DNA of 64,000 nucleotides from a virus (Duplodnaviria; Caudoviricetes): positions 26,186 to 90,185 of IMG/VR virus record IMGVR_UViG_2858943916_000002; one strand, given 5' to 3'. This document shows, one piece after another, positions 14,308 through 23,743 of this stretch; the first letter of the stretch is position 1; the number at the start of each line of letters is the position of its first letter. The notes below the pieces were generated by a model, which searched no databases, was not told the origin of the DNA, and was given only the letters and a program-made list of their open reading frames with translations. A program made the position numbers and the translations under genes.

Positions 14308-14501
14308 TCCGCCGGCTGCGCAACCTCTGGCACCGCGCCCGCGTTTCCGGCCGAGACCTGGACTTCGCCGGCGTCGCCGCGATCTTCGCCGGCGCGGTGG
14401 TGCTGCTGGCCAGCGGCATGGTCGGCCCGACGCGCGACGCCCACTCCCCCACTCCCACCGCCCATGACGGGCGCCCGACGGCATACGCCGCGAAGGACTG
14501 A
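14304..14501 (+). CDS. Small single-TM phage protein (homolog of 59490..59657)
   Basis: MIRRL...TM...GPT.DA shared with the prophage 2 copy. Confidence 0.65.
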   Translation: MIRRLRNLWHRARVSGRDLDFAGVAAIFAGAVVLLASGMVGPTRDAHSPTPTAHDGRPTAYAAKD

Positions 14502-14503
14502 TC

Positions 14504-15481
14504 GTGAACGCTATTTCTGAACCTATCGCCCTGGATCGCACACGCTTCCTCGGCGGCACCGACATGGCCGCGCTGTACGGCGTCAGCAAGTGGAAGACTC
14601 CCCTGCAGGTGTGGGCCGAAAAGACCCGCCGTGATGCCTACCGCGAAGACGACCCGGCCAAGACGAAGGTGCTCAACCGCGGCAAGCGCCTTGAACCGGT
14701 CGTGGTGGCCATGCTGCGCGAGGACTACGGCCTGGACGTTGTCGCCGTGAACGAACGCTACACGCACCCCGACCACACCTTCCTGTCGGTCGAGATCGAC
14801 TTCGAGTGGCGCGTCACCGAGCAGGCCCTGGCGGCATTCCCCTGGCTCGCTCCCCTTGAGCTGGGCTCGATCCAGAACGGCGAGGTCAAGACCGTGCATC
14901 CGTTCGTCGCCCACGAGTGGGGCGACATGGGAACCGACGACGTGCCGATTCACTATGCGGCGCAGTCCATGACCGGCTTGGCCGTCACCGGCCGCGACGT
15001 GTGCCTCTACGCCACGCTGGTAGGCGTGGATGACCTGACCTTCTACGCGGTGCGCCGCGACCAGGAGACGATCGACGCGATGGTCGCCAAGGCCGTGGAC
15101 TTCTGGACCAACCACGTCCTGACCGACATCCCACCCAATCCCGAAACGTTCGACGACCTGAAGTTTCTCTACGCCCGCGACAACGGCCAAGCGATCGAGG
15201 CAACCGACGAGATCCTGGCCCAGCTCGCCGAGTTTCGCGAGCTCAGCGACCAGGCCAAGCGCATCGAGGAACGCCGCGACGAGCTCAAGTTCGGCATCCA
15301 GACGTTTATGGAGCCCAACGCCATTCTGACGGCCAAGGGCGGGCCGGTGGCCACCTGGAAAAGCCAGTCCGCCAGCCGCCTGGACGGCAAGGCCCTGGCG
15401 CTGGCTCGCCCCGATATCGCCGCCGCCTACCGCACCACATCCGAAACCCGAGTCTTCCGCCTGAAAGGAGCGAAGAAATGA
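14504..15481 (+). CDS. YqaJ/lambda-exonuclease-family recombinase nuclease
   Basis: R..FLGGTD.AA..G.SKW.TP, GKRLEP, E.KT, Y.AQ motifs. Confidence 0.88.
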   Translation: MNAISEPIALDRTRFLGGTDMAALYGVSKWKTPLQVWAEKTRRDAYREDDPAKTKVLNRGKRLEPVVVAMLREDYGLDVVAVNERYTHPDHTFLSVEIDFEWRVTEQALAAFPWLAPLELGSIQNGEVKTVHPFVAHEWGDMGTDDVPIHYAAQSMTGLAVTGRDVCLYATLVGVDDLTFYAVRRDQETIDAMVAKAVDFWTNHVLTDIPPNPETFDDLKFLYARDNGQAIEATDEILAQLAEFRELSDQAKRIEERRDELKFGIQTFMEPNAILTAKGGPVATWKSQSASRLDGKALALARPDIAAAYRTTSETRVFRLKGAKK

Positions 15482-16500
15482 GCGCATCCAAATTGAAAGC
15501 CGTGGCCACAGGCCAAGCACAGTCCCAACAACTGGCCAGCATGAAACCGAAGGACCAGATCGCCCACCTGCTGGAAAAGCGCAAGGGCGAGATCCAGAAG
15601 ATGCTGCCCAAGCACCTTTCCGCTGATCGCCTGCTCAAGGTCGCGCAGATCGCCGCCACCACCACGCCGGCCCTGGCCGAATGCGACATCCCGTCGCTGG
15701 TGGGCGCCATCGGTCAGTGCGCGCAGATGGGATTGGAGCCCAATACCGTCCTCGGCCATGCCTACCTCGTCCCGTTCAACACCAAGCGCAAGGACGCCGG
15801 CGGCAATGAGCGCTGGGTGAAGTCGGTGCAGGTGATCGTTGGCTACAAGGGCCTGATCGACCTGGCCCGCCGCTCCGGCCAGATCGTGAGCATCGCCGCC
15901 CACGAAGTCTGCGAGAACGACACCTTCGACCTGGTGTATGGCCTGGACGAGAAACTGGAGCACCGGCCGGCCATGGGCGAACGTGGCGCCGTCACCGGCT
16001 TCTATGCCGTCGCGAAGCTCGTAGGCGGCGGCCATGCCTTCGAATTCATGAGCCTGTACCTGATTGACCAGATCAAAGCGGCAACGCAAAGCAAGGGCGC
16101 CTACGGCCCCTGGAAGGACAACTTCGTGGAGATGGGCCGCAAGACCGTGATTCGCCGGCTGGCCAAGTACCTGCCGCTGTCCATCGAATTCCAGAAGGCG
16201 ACGGCCCTCGACGAAATGGCCAGCAGCGGCCGCGACCAGCACCTGGACGACAACACGCTCGACGGCGATTTCATCTTCGCCCAACCCGAGCCTGGGGCCG
16301 ACCAGGCAGAGGCAGGCGATGGCGCGCCGCAACAGCTTGCCTATGACCCGGCGCCCGTGCTGGCGCAGATCGCCAGCGCCACGAACATCGACGCCCTGGA
16401 CCTCGTCGCCGACGGTTTCCGCGACGCGCCGGACGAGCACTACGACGCGCTCAAGAAGGCCTACGACGCCCGCCGAGCGGCGCTGGATCCGGCCGCTTAG
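15478..16500 (+). CDS. recT: RecT single-strand annealing protein
   Basis: LPKHLS.DR, AQMGLEPN..LG.AYLVPF, IVGYKGLIDLARRSG, M.RKTVIRRL.KYLP. Confidence 0.92.
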   Translation: MSASKLKAVATGQAQSQQLASMKPKDQIAHLLEKRKGEIQKMLPKHLSADRLLKVAQIAATTTPALAECDIPSLVGAIGQCAQMGLEPNTVLGHAYLVPFNTKRKDAGGNERWVKSVQVIVGYKGLIDLARRSGQIVSIAAHEVCENDTFDLVYGLDEKLEHRPAMGERGAVTGFYAVAKLVGGGHAFEFMSLYLIDQIKAATQSKGAYGPWKDNFVEMGRKTVIRRLAKYLPLSIEFQKATALDEMASSGRDQHLDDNTLDGDFIFAQPEPGADQAEAGDGAPQQLAYDPAPVLAQIASATNIDALDLVADGFRDAPDEHYDALKKAYDARRAALDPAA

Positions 16501-16593
16501 CCGTTCTCCCTGGGCGGCGCCTCACCAAATGGAGGCACCCCCTGGCGCCGCCCGCCCCACTACCCAGCGATCTCAAAACCCATAGGTGAACAC

Positions 16594-16959
16594 ATGGGAG
16601 CATTTTGCGTATACGGAATGACCGAGCAGCTCGCGAAGAAAGCCGCCGAGCGGGCTTGGCAAAAATATAAGGAATCCATGACCGCGGATGTTCGCGCGTG
16701 CCTGCGGCCATCCGACCAGGCCGACTGGATCAAGGTCAAGACGGAGTACCACCTGGCCAAGGGCAATCCTGTCCAGCTATCGGCACCGTTCGATGCACCA
16801 CAGTTCGCCCGCGAGTTCATCAAGCTCGCCGCGGCCACAGGCCGAACCTCACGGCTGTGCATCATGCAGCGCGGCCCGAAGCTCGATAAGCACGGAGCGC
16901 CCCGAATCAGCAAGGCCACCAAGCGCCCGATGATCACCTGGGTTCCCTATCCGCGATAG
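16594..16959 (+). CDS. Phage hypothetical protein
   Basis: GGTGA SD; in the PL operon. Confidence 0.65.
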   Translation: MGAFCVYGMTEQLAKKAAERAWQKYKESMTADVRACLRPSDQADWIKVKTEYHLAKGNPVQLSAPFDAPQFAREFIKLAAATGRTSRLCIMQRGPKLDKHGAPRISKATKRPMITWVPYPR

Positions 16960-16996
16960 CGCACACGACGTATCACCTATCCCTATCGGAGCCTAC

Positions 16997-17785
16997 ATGG
17001 CCAAGAAATCCAAAGACGTGTACGGCGCGGACGGCCAGAGCAATCTGCTCAACTTCGACCCCGCCAAGCTGACTCTCGTCACAGACGAATCCAGCCCCCT
17101 ATATGACAAGCGCGTGCATCTGCCCGTGAACGAGGCGCTGGCGCGGAACATCGACTATCAGGGAGTGCTGGAGCCCGTGGCGGTTTCCAAGAACCCCGAG
17201 ACGGGCGACACCGAGGTCGTGTTCGGCCGGCAGCGCGTGAAGGCCGCCGTGCTCGCCAACCAGTGGCGTCGAGAACGCGGTGTGCCGGAACGACTGATTC
17301 CCGGCATCGTCTACACGGGCAAGCGCGAGAACGCCCTGGACGCGATCGTCAGCGAGAACGAAGCCCGCACCGCTGATACGCCTCTGGGCCGCGCCGAGAA
17401 GATGCGCCAACACCTTGCCCTGGGCAAAGGTGAAGACCAGATTGCGGTCATCTACAACTGCACGATCGCCACGGTCCGCGACACGCTGGCGCTGCTGGAT
17501 AGCCCCAAGGCCGTGCAGAACGCCGTCGAGGCAGGTCTGATCACCCTGACCCATGCCAAGGCACTGGTGAAGCTCAAACCTGATGAACAGCGCGCCAAGG
17601 TGGCCGAGTTGGTCGCGGCCGGCAAGAACGCCACGCCCCACCAGCGAAGCCGCAAGCAGGCCGCAGTCATGGGCGAGCGCCCCCGCGTAAGGTCCCGCAA
17701 GCAGATCCAGGCCGCTTTGGAAACCGCGCAAGGCGACTATGCCGCAGCCCTGCGCTGGGTGCTGGGAGAGGAAGACGGCGCATGA
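16997..17785 (+). CDS. ParB-like nuclease/HTH protein
   Basis: GVLEPV.V, VVFGRQRVKA, SENEAR, HTH and LTHAKAL motifs. Confidence 0.8.
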   Translation: MAKKSKDVYGADGQSNLLNFDPAKLTLVTDESSPLYDKRVHLPVNEALARNIDYQGVLEPVAVSKNPETGDTEVVFGRQRVKAAVLANQWRRERGVPERLIPGIVYTGKRENALDAIVSENEARTADTPLGRAEKMRQHLALGKGEDQIAVIYNCTIATVRDTLALLDSPKAVQNAVEAGLITLTHAKALVKLKPDEQRAKVAELVAAGKNATPHQRSRKQAAVMGERPRVRSRKQIQAALETAQGDYAAALRWVLGEEDGA

Positions 17786-17853
17786 ATGCTTCCAAGGCGA
17801 CGAGCCCGAACAGCGAAATCCAATCCCGACAGGGCAATGGGAGCGAAGAATGA
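17782..17853 (+). CDS. 23-aa linker ORF
   Basis: ATGA overlap with the ParB-like stop and with the bridge start. Confidence 0.35.
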   Translation: MNASKATSPNSEIQSRQGNGSEE

Positions 17854-18515
17854 TAGCTAGAAAGCTAGTCGAGATTTCCGCTCAACACTCGGGCCATCCA
17901 GTCCTCGCACTGCCGTTTCAGCGCCTCCACATCGGCAATGCCGGACAGCAACACATCAGAGGAGGCGCCGTTGACAATCATCATCGCCAACCCCGACTGT
18001 GCCTGACGCGCAGCCCTAACCGCAGCCGATCGTTCGGCCTTCTGCGCCATACCTTCGAAATTCGCGCACATGGATGCGAGGAGCGACACGATCGATCCCC
18101 CAAATACTCCATCGGCTCTGTCTTGCAAGGCGATCAAGCGCGTGTGCAAGAGCGAAAACTCCGAACTCGAAGGCCTGTCTCCGGCCTCCCATTGCTTGAG
18201 AAGCGCCTGCAACTGACCGCAAATCTGGTAGCACGTGTGAGCCACGGCCCAGTTTCGCTTCACAACAGCAGCCTTGTCGTCCTTTCGTCGCTCGAAGTTC
18301 TGCCAAAGAGGAACGGCTACGGCAAACATCGCCGCCCCCACAGTGCCGAACGCCGTCATCAAATCCCACCACTTAGCTTCGGCCGACATGTCAACTTTCG
18401 TGGCGAGAGCGAACCCCAAAGCCAAGCCAATGAGGGTAAGCACTGCGCCGGCAATCAAATAAAGCGCCTTCATGCTCGTCTCCATATTTGGCCGCAATCG
18501 TATCCCAGCGGCTAA
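17850..18515 (+). CDS. Antisense bridge ORF across cargo 17865..18497
   Basis: ATGA start; its TAA overlaps the AAGGAG SD of the next ORF. Confidence 0.4.
   Translation: MIARKLVEISAQHSGHPVLALPFQRLHIGNAGQQHIRGGAVDNHHRQPRLCLTRSPNRSRSFGLLRHTFEIRAHGCEERHDRSPKYSIGSVLQGDQARVQERKLRTRRPVSGLPLLEKRLQLTANLVARVSHGPVSLHNSSLVVLSSLEVLPKRNGYGKHRRPHSAERRHQIPPLSFGRHVNFRGESEPQSQANEGKHCAGNQIKRLHARLHIWPQSYPSG
17865..18497 (-). CDS. Membrane-anchored hypothetical protein (cargo)
   Basis: Two N-terminal TM segments (WWDLMTAFGTVGAA...W) then a helical domain. Confidence 0.7.
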   Translation of the reverse strand: MRPNMETSMKALYLIAGAVLTLIGLALGFALATKVDMSAEAKWWDLMTAFGTVGAAMFAVAVPLWQNFERRKDDKAAVVKRNWAVAHTCYQICGQLQALLKQWEAGDRPSSSEFSLLHTRLIALQDRADGVFGGSIVSLLASMCANFEGMAQKAERSAAVRAARQAQSGLAMMIVNGASSDVLLSGIADVEALKRQCEDWMARVLSGNLD

Positions 18516-18526
18516 GGAGTGTCAGC

Positions 18527-18622
18527 ATGAACGACCGTCAAAGCAACGAACACGTCCAAGCGGGAATCCTGCTGCTCGACTACCTGGAGGTTAGATGCTC
18601 ACACTCACAAATGAAGAGCTGA
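18527..18622 (+). CDS. 31-aa linker ORF before xis
   Basis: AAGGAG SD; overlaps the xis start. Confidence 0.35.
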   Translation: MNDRQSNEHVQAGILLLDYLEVRCSHSQMKS

Positions 18623-18825
18623 TCGAACTGACCGGGAAGGCCAGAAAGGCTGGCCAGATCGAAGCCCTCAGATTCCTCACTATCCCGTTCAAGATTCGCC
18701 CGGATGGCACCCCTGTGGTCCTTCGGGCCGCTATGGAGGCAGCACTAGGCCATGCGCCCAAGAACCAAGGATCGACACCTCCCCGCGTGCGTGTACCAGA
18801 AGCACGGCGCATACTGGTACGTTAA
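18595..18825 (+). CDS. xis: Excisionase-like protein (DUF4224-type)
   Basis: LT.EEL.ELTG...A.Q...L....IPF..RPDG.PVV; overlaps the integrase. Confidence 0.75.
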   Translation: MLTLTNEELIELTGKARKAGQIEALRFLTIPFKIRPDGTPVVLRAAMEAALGHAPKNQGSTPPRVRVPEARRILVR

Positions 18826-19720
18826 GGGCGGGAAGTGGCGCAAGATCGGCGCCGACCTGCACAGCGCGTTGACCGAATATGCACGTATCGTCTCCGCCCC
18901 AAAGGACGGCATGCCGGCATTGATCGATGATGCCCTTCCGCTCCTGACAAAAGACGTAGCCGTCTCGACTCGCAAGCAATACGAATACTGCGCAGCTCAG
19001 CTCAAAGAGGCTTTCGTCGACTTCTATCCGAACCAGGTGCGCCACGGCGACGTGGTGGAACTGCTTGACGGCTACTCTGATCGTCGAGCCCTGGCCAACC
19101 GAATGCTGACCGTACTGAAGCTGGTCTTTCAATGGGCCTTGGACCGCGGCCGAGTAGATGCGAATCCATGCGTCAGCGTGAAGCGCTTCGTCCAGAAGCC
19201 GCGAGACCGGCTGATCACGCCCAAGGAATACGCAGCCATCTACGAAGGCTGCCCGCCTTGGCTGCAATGCGTCATGGATCTTTGCTACCTGACCGGCCAG
19301 CGCATCGGCGACGTGCTGAAAATCGAAGACAGCCACGTTCGCGACGAGGGGTTGTACTTCGAACAGCAGAAGACGAGAAAGCGCCTGGTGGTCGCGTGGA
19401 CGCCGGAATTGCGCGCTGCGGTGGAGCGTGCTCAGGAGCTGCGCGTTGCCCCGACCAGAACGCCGTACCTTCTCGGTGGCCGCGGAGGCAACCTCCGGCT
19501 CCATTCCAACGTCTGGCGCATCTTCAAGGACGCTGCGGTCAAGGCCAACGTCCCCGACGTGACCCTGCACGACTTGCGGGCAATGGCGGGCACGGATGCT
19601 GAATCCCAAGGTATCGACCCGAGCGCCCTGCTCGGCCACTCGGATCCCCGAACGACCCGGATCTACCTGCGCGACAAGCGCCCTAAGCTTGTGAAAGGAC
19701 CGACGCGAAAGGCTGTATAA
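18752..19720 (+). CDS. int: Tyrosine integrase
   Basis: Catalytic R (TGQRIGD), HxxR (LHDLRA), H and Y (LGHS...TTRIY). Confidence 0.93.
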   Translation: MRPRTKDRHLPACVYQKHGAYWYVKGGKWRKIGADLHSALTEYARIVSAPKDGMPALIDDALPLLTKDVAVSTRKQYEYCAAQLKEAFVDFYPNQVRHGDVVELLDGYSDRRALANRMLTVLKLVFQWALDRGRVDANPCVSVKRFVQKPRDRLITPKEYAAIYEGCPPWLQCVMDLCYLTGQRIGDVLKIEDSHVRDEGLYFEQQKTRKRLVVAWTPELRAAVERAQELRVAPTRTPYLLGGRGGNLRLHSNVWRIFKDAAVKANVPDVTLHDLRAMAGTDAESQGIDPSALLGHSDPRTTRIYLRDKRPKLVKGPTRKAV

Positions 19721-19732
19721 GCACACAGTCCA

Positions 19733-19830
19733 GGGCGTCGAGTTTTAGACATCTAATTGACGCCCGAGCGCAAAGCCTTTGTTTATGTGGTTCTCCGGCC
19801 TATAGATGTATTCCGTCATGCCCTGCCCCG
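19733..19830. other. Right attachment junction of prophage 1
   Basis: Immediately after int; GGGCGTC/GACGCCC inverted repeat enclosing TTAGA-CA-TCTAA; pilin-like sequence begins at 19805. Confidence 0.7.
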
Positions 19831-19855
19831 CCTGACGCTGCAAATATCCCGACAC
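19745..19855 (-). pseudogene. flp: Truncated Flp/Tad prepilin: host 5' part fused to phage sequence (36 aa)
   Basis: GGAG SD, GTG start, MSGYLQRQAG-QGMTEYI (G/-1, E+5, Y+6 Flp signature), then polar YRPENHINK... instead of the hydrophobic helix. Confidence 0.8.
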
Positions 19856-20272
19856 TGCCGTTCTCCGCTCGCGATGAATGAGGGTCACAGTGTCGAGGCT
19901 GCCGCAGGGCGCCACAATTCGCGGATACCGAGCTGGATCAAAACATCGCACCATCCGGCCGAGTCGACATCGGCCCAGGACAACGCCCAAGAAAATGTTG
20001 TAACCCCTTAATTTCCATCGGGTTTTCCCTATTGCCCAGGCCCCAGGGCGGCAGTAGATTGAAGTTGCCGGGCTGTCTGACACCCATCGCGTGCGAAGCC
20101 GGGCAGGAGCGCCTCAGACTCATCGCGAGCTGGGGCGCTCTTCCATTCCACGGTCCGCAAACAGGGACCCGGCGCGCCGGCGGCATTACAAAATCTATAC
20201 ACAGTCGCCCAATCCCCTCACAGGGCCATGGCTAGCATTGCGTCTTTCGTTGCCCGATTCGATTGACGACCT

Positions 20273-21451
20273 ATGCTTGCCTACGCCCCACAGCCCAGGG
20301 CCTCGCGCCCCGTGCAGGGCGCCGCCGTCCACAATCCCGCCATCGACGCCCTGCGTGGCCTGGCGATCCTGTGCGTCGTGCTGCTGCACGTGCAGATCCA
20401 CATCCCGCAAGAACAGAGCCTGCTGGGAAAAGTGCTGCCGCCCGCCCTCTTCAACCTCGTCTTTCGCAGCGGCTACTACGGCGTCATCATTTTTTTCGTG
20501 ATCTCGGGCTTTCTCATCACGCGCGCAGCCCTCGAGCGCTGGGGCAGCCTGGAAGCCGTCCCCTGGAAACCGTTCCTGCGACGCCGGATCGCCCGCATCT
20601 ACCCCTGCCTGGCTTTGCTGGTATTGATACTGGCCGGCCTGCACTGGGCCGAGGTCCCCGGCTTCGTCGTCGACAACACCAGCCTCGCCCGGGCTGCGGC
20701 CAGCGCGCTGGCGCTGCATCTGAATTGGCTGGAAGCCCAGGTCGGCTACCTGCCCGCGGCCTGGAACGTGTTGTGGTCGCTGTCCATCGAAGAGGCGTTC
20801 TATCTGGCGTTTCCGCTGATCTGCATGCTGGCGCTGGCGGCGGGCCGGCGCGCACTGATCGTGGCGCTGCTGCTGTTCGTGGGGCTGGGTCCCTTCGCCC
20901 GGGCTGCCTTCAGCGCCAACGAAATCTGGGCCGACCACGCCTACCTGTCCGGCATGGACGGCATCGCCATCGGCTGCCTCGCGGCCTTGTACGCCGCCTG
21001 CCCCGCCCGCTGCGCGCGGCACGGCCGCAGGCTGCTGCTTGCCGGCACCGCGCTGTTCTCACTGGTGTTCCTGTTGCGCAAGACCACCCACATGCTGGGC
21101 CTGACGGGCCTGGGGCTGAACGTCACGCTGCTAGAGATCGGCGTGGCCTGCCTGCTGATAGGCTGGAGCCGTCCGCGGCGTGCGCCACGTCCCAACGCCA
21201 TCGCCGCCGCGCTGCGCTGGGCCGGGCAAAACAGTTACGAGATCTACCTCACCCACATGTTCCCCGTGCTGCTGCTGGCGGCCGCATCGTGCCGCAATTC
21301 CGGCGGCGTCGTGTCGACCTGGTGGCGGGCGGGCGCGCTGACCGCGGCCAGCGTGCTGGCGATCCTGCTGTCGGCCATGCTGGGGGGATTGGTGGCGCGC
21401 TATTATTCGACGCCCATGCGCCACTGGCTGACCCGGCCCGCCCCACGATGA
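20273..21451 (+). CDS. Acyltransferase family 3 (OafA-like) membrane protein
   Basis: IDALRGLAIL.VVLLH, GV..FFVISGFLIT, RR..RIYP, WSLSIEE.FY, SYEIYL.H. Confidence 0.9.
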   Translation: MLAYAPQPRASRPVQGAAVHNPAIDALRGLAILCVVLLHVQIHIPQEQSLLGKVLPPALFNLVFRSGYYGVIIFFVISGFLITRAALERWGSLEAVPWKPFLRRRIARIYPCLALLVLILAGLHWAEVPGFVVDNTSLARAAASALALHLNWLEAQVGYLPAAWNVLWSLSIEEAFYLAFPLICMLALAAGRRALIVALLLFVGLGPFARAAFSANEIWADHAYLSGMDGIAIGCLAALYAACPARCARHGRRLLLAGTALFSLVFLLRKTTHMLGLTGLGLNVTLLEIGVACLLIGWSRPRRAPRPNAIAAALRWAGQNSYEIYLTHMFPVLLLAAASCRNSGGVVSTWWRAGALTAASVLAILLSAMLGGLVARYYSTPMRHWLTRPAPR

Positions 21452-21578
21452 AGCGGCAGACGGCTGCTCTGTTCCACGCGGTGCGTCGGGCGCCGCTGGC
21501 ACCCATCCGGCAAGGCCACCGTGAAAAAGCATACGATCGGTTATCCTCCGCAGCAAAAACCACGAGGATGAATCGAAC

Positions 21579-22499
21579 GTGAGCACCGCTCATTCCTTCC
21601 AGACCGGCAAACTGGCGTTGGTCCTGTCCAATCGGCTGGGTGATACGTTATATCAGATGACCCTGGCCAACAATCTGCGCAAGGCCGGCCGCGACCTCAC
21701 CGTGTATGGCGTGCACGGCCACGCCTTGCGGGAATGGTTTCCCGACTTCGATATCCAGCCCCTACCCGCGGACATCGACGGCCTGGCGGGATACGACACC
21801 ATCGTGCAAATGGACCCGGACAGCCCATTCGACGGCCTGACCCGAGTCTGCAGGCGTTTTCTCAGCACCAAGGAATGGGGCAAGATCCGGGCGGCGCCGC
21901 GCAGGCATGCCTCGCCCAACGGCATCCTGGATGAATTCCGCCGGTTCTCGGTCGACGCCTTCGGCCTGACCGAATGGAGCGACGACAACGGACTGCGCGC
22001 GCCCGCGCGCTTCAAGGCCCGCCTGCACGACAAACGCGTAATCCTGCACCCCACCTCGAGCGAAGCGGAACGCTGCTGGACGCCGGGAAAATACGTCCTG
22101 GTCGCCCGTCGCCTGCGCGCCATGGGCTATGAACCCACCTTCGTGCTGGCGCCCTCTGAACGCGCGTTCTGGCGCCCGCTGCTGGAGCAGGCCCATGCCG
22201 GCCTGGTGGAAGCGCCCTCCATCGATGGTGTCGCCGCGCAAGTCTACGAGTCGGGCTGGTTCATCGGCACCGATTCCGGGATCGGCCACCTGGCCTCCTG
22301 TTGCGGCCTGCCGACGGTGACCATCGTCGACCGCCCCCGCAATATGCCGCGCTGGCGGCCGGCCTGGGCCGACAACATCATCGTCAAGCCGTGGTGGCTG
22401 CCCCTGCGGACCCTGCGCCGCAAATATTGGCGCGAGGCCACCACGGTGGCCGCGGTGATGCGTTGCTTCGGACGCATGGTGCATCGCCAACGCCGCTGA
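21579..22499 (+). CDS. Glycosyltransferase family 9 (heptosyltransferase-like)
   Basis: RLGD.L, V.LHP.SS...CW, FIG.DSG.GHLAS..GLPTVTI. Confidence 0.85.
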   Translation: MSTAHSFQTGKLALVLSNRLGDTLYQMTLANNLRKAGRDLTVYGVHGHALREWFPDFDIQPLPADIDGLAGYDTIVQMDPDSPFDGLTRVCRRFLSTKEWGKIRAAPRRHASPNGILDEFRRFSVDAFGLTEWSDDNGLRAPARFKARLHDKRVILHPTSSEAERCWTPGKYVLVARRLRAMGYEPTFVLAPSERAFWRPLLEQAHAGLVEAPSIDGVAAQVYESGWFIGTDSGIGHLASCCGLPTVTIVDRPRNMPRWRPAWADNIIVKPWWLPLRTLRRKYWREATTVAAVMRCFGRMVHRQRR

Positions 22500-22600
22500 G
22501 CGGGAAAACAAACAAACCGGTTGTCGACATGTCGGCAACCAGCCTGGCTCGGCAAGGCCGATTCCCGCCGCGCACGAGACTCCTGAACGTCGTTCTCGCG

Positions 22601-23743
22601 TCAGGCTGCCACCGCCCCGCTCCTGACCATCCTCGCCTCGTCCATCGCGGCCTCGTAAGCGCTCAACGTCTCGGCCATCTTCTGGGACAGTACCAGGTGA
22701 CGGTCGGCGAACGCCCGCGCCTGCTCCGCAATGCGGGCGGCCTGCTCCGGATGCGACCAGATCCACGCCAGTCGTTCGGCAAAACCGGCGATGTCACCCA
22801 CCGGCGCCAGCCAACCCGTGCTGCCAGGGTGAACGATCTCCGGCAATCCCCCGACCGCGCTGGCGACCACCGGACAACGCGCCGCATAGGCTTCTGGCAC
22901 GACGCGGGACCAGGCCTCGTTGACGGATGGCACCAGCACCGCGTCGGCGGCATGGATGACACTGGCGATATCCTCGCGATGTCCGGCGAATGTCACGCAC
23001 CCGCCGATTCCCAGTTCCGCCACCAGCTCTTGCAGTTTCTGGCCATACGCCATGGTGCCGCGTGTCGGCATGCCCACCACCAGGGCGTGCGCCGGCAACC
23101 CGCGCTGGCGCAGCAGATGCACCACGCGCAGCAGGTCCTCCTGGCGTTTGTCCGGGCGCAGCATGCCGATGGTCGCGACGACGAACGCGGCCGGATCCAG
23201 CCCCAACTCGCGCCGGGCCGCCTGGCGCCGCTCCAGCTTGTCCGCGCCCACGAAAAAGCCATGGTCGGCCCATTCCCCAACGACACTGATACGGTCCTGC
23301 GCGGCAAAGCCCGCCGTGACGATATCCTGGGCGCCCCCCTGGCTGGTGGTGATGACGCGGTGGCAGCCCAGGCGCCATTCCAGCCGTCGCCGCCAGCAGG
23401 TGCCCAGAGGGCGGGCGAAGTGCCAGGTCCGTACCAGCGAGCACAGGTCGCGGCATAGCGCGGTCGCCTTGGCGTCCGATGTGCCGTGCGCATCGATGAC
23501 CTGGATGCGCAGATCCTTGACCAACCGGCGCAGCTTGAGCATGCCCGACCACGAATACGGCGAACGGAAATTCATGCCGATGGTCGCCAATCCCCAACTG
23601 CGCGCAAGCTTCAGGGTTTCGCTTCCTGGCGGCGCGGCAATCGCCACAGCGTGGCCCTGCTCCCGCAGCCAGCGGGCCTGATCCAGGACGCGAAACTCCA
23701 AGCCACCCAGATTCGAGCCAGAAAGCGTGTGCAGAATTTGCAT
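22601..23743 (-). CDS. Glycosyltransferase family 4
   Basis: GGLE, LRPDKRQ, PS.NE.WS.VVPEA.AA.CPVVAS.VGGLPEI. Confidence 0.9.
   Translation of the reverse strand: MQILHTLSGSNLGGLEFRVLDQARWLREQGHAVAIAAPPGSETLKLARSWGLATIGMNFRSPYSWSGMLKLRRLVKDLRIQVIDAHGTSDAKATALCRDLCSLVRTWHFARPLGTCWRRRLEWRLGCHRVITTSQGGAQDIVTAGFAAQDRISVVGEWADHGFFVGADKLERRQAARRELGLDPAAFVVATIGMLRPDKRQEDLLRVVHLLRQRGLPAHALVVGMPTRGTMAYGQKLQELVAELGIGGCVTFAGHREDIASVIHAADAVLVPSVNEAWSRVVPEAYAARCPVVASAVGGLPEIVHPGSTGWLAPVGDIAGFAERLAWIWSHPEQAARIAEQARAFADRHLVLSQKMAETLSAYEAAMDEARMVRSGAVAA

Larger units (their letters stand above)
1..19805. mobile_element. Prophage 1 (right part: terminase to integrase), integrated in a flp-type pilin gene
   Basis: terL/terS, replication gene, cro/cI with operators, YqaJ/RecT, xis-int pointing at the junction; left end is outside the window. 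Confidence 0.92.

Noticed and set aside
14225-16440. Long minus-strand ORFs (431 and 337 aa)
   Set aside because: Antisense shadows of the YqaJ and RecT genes.
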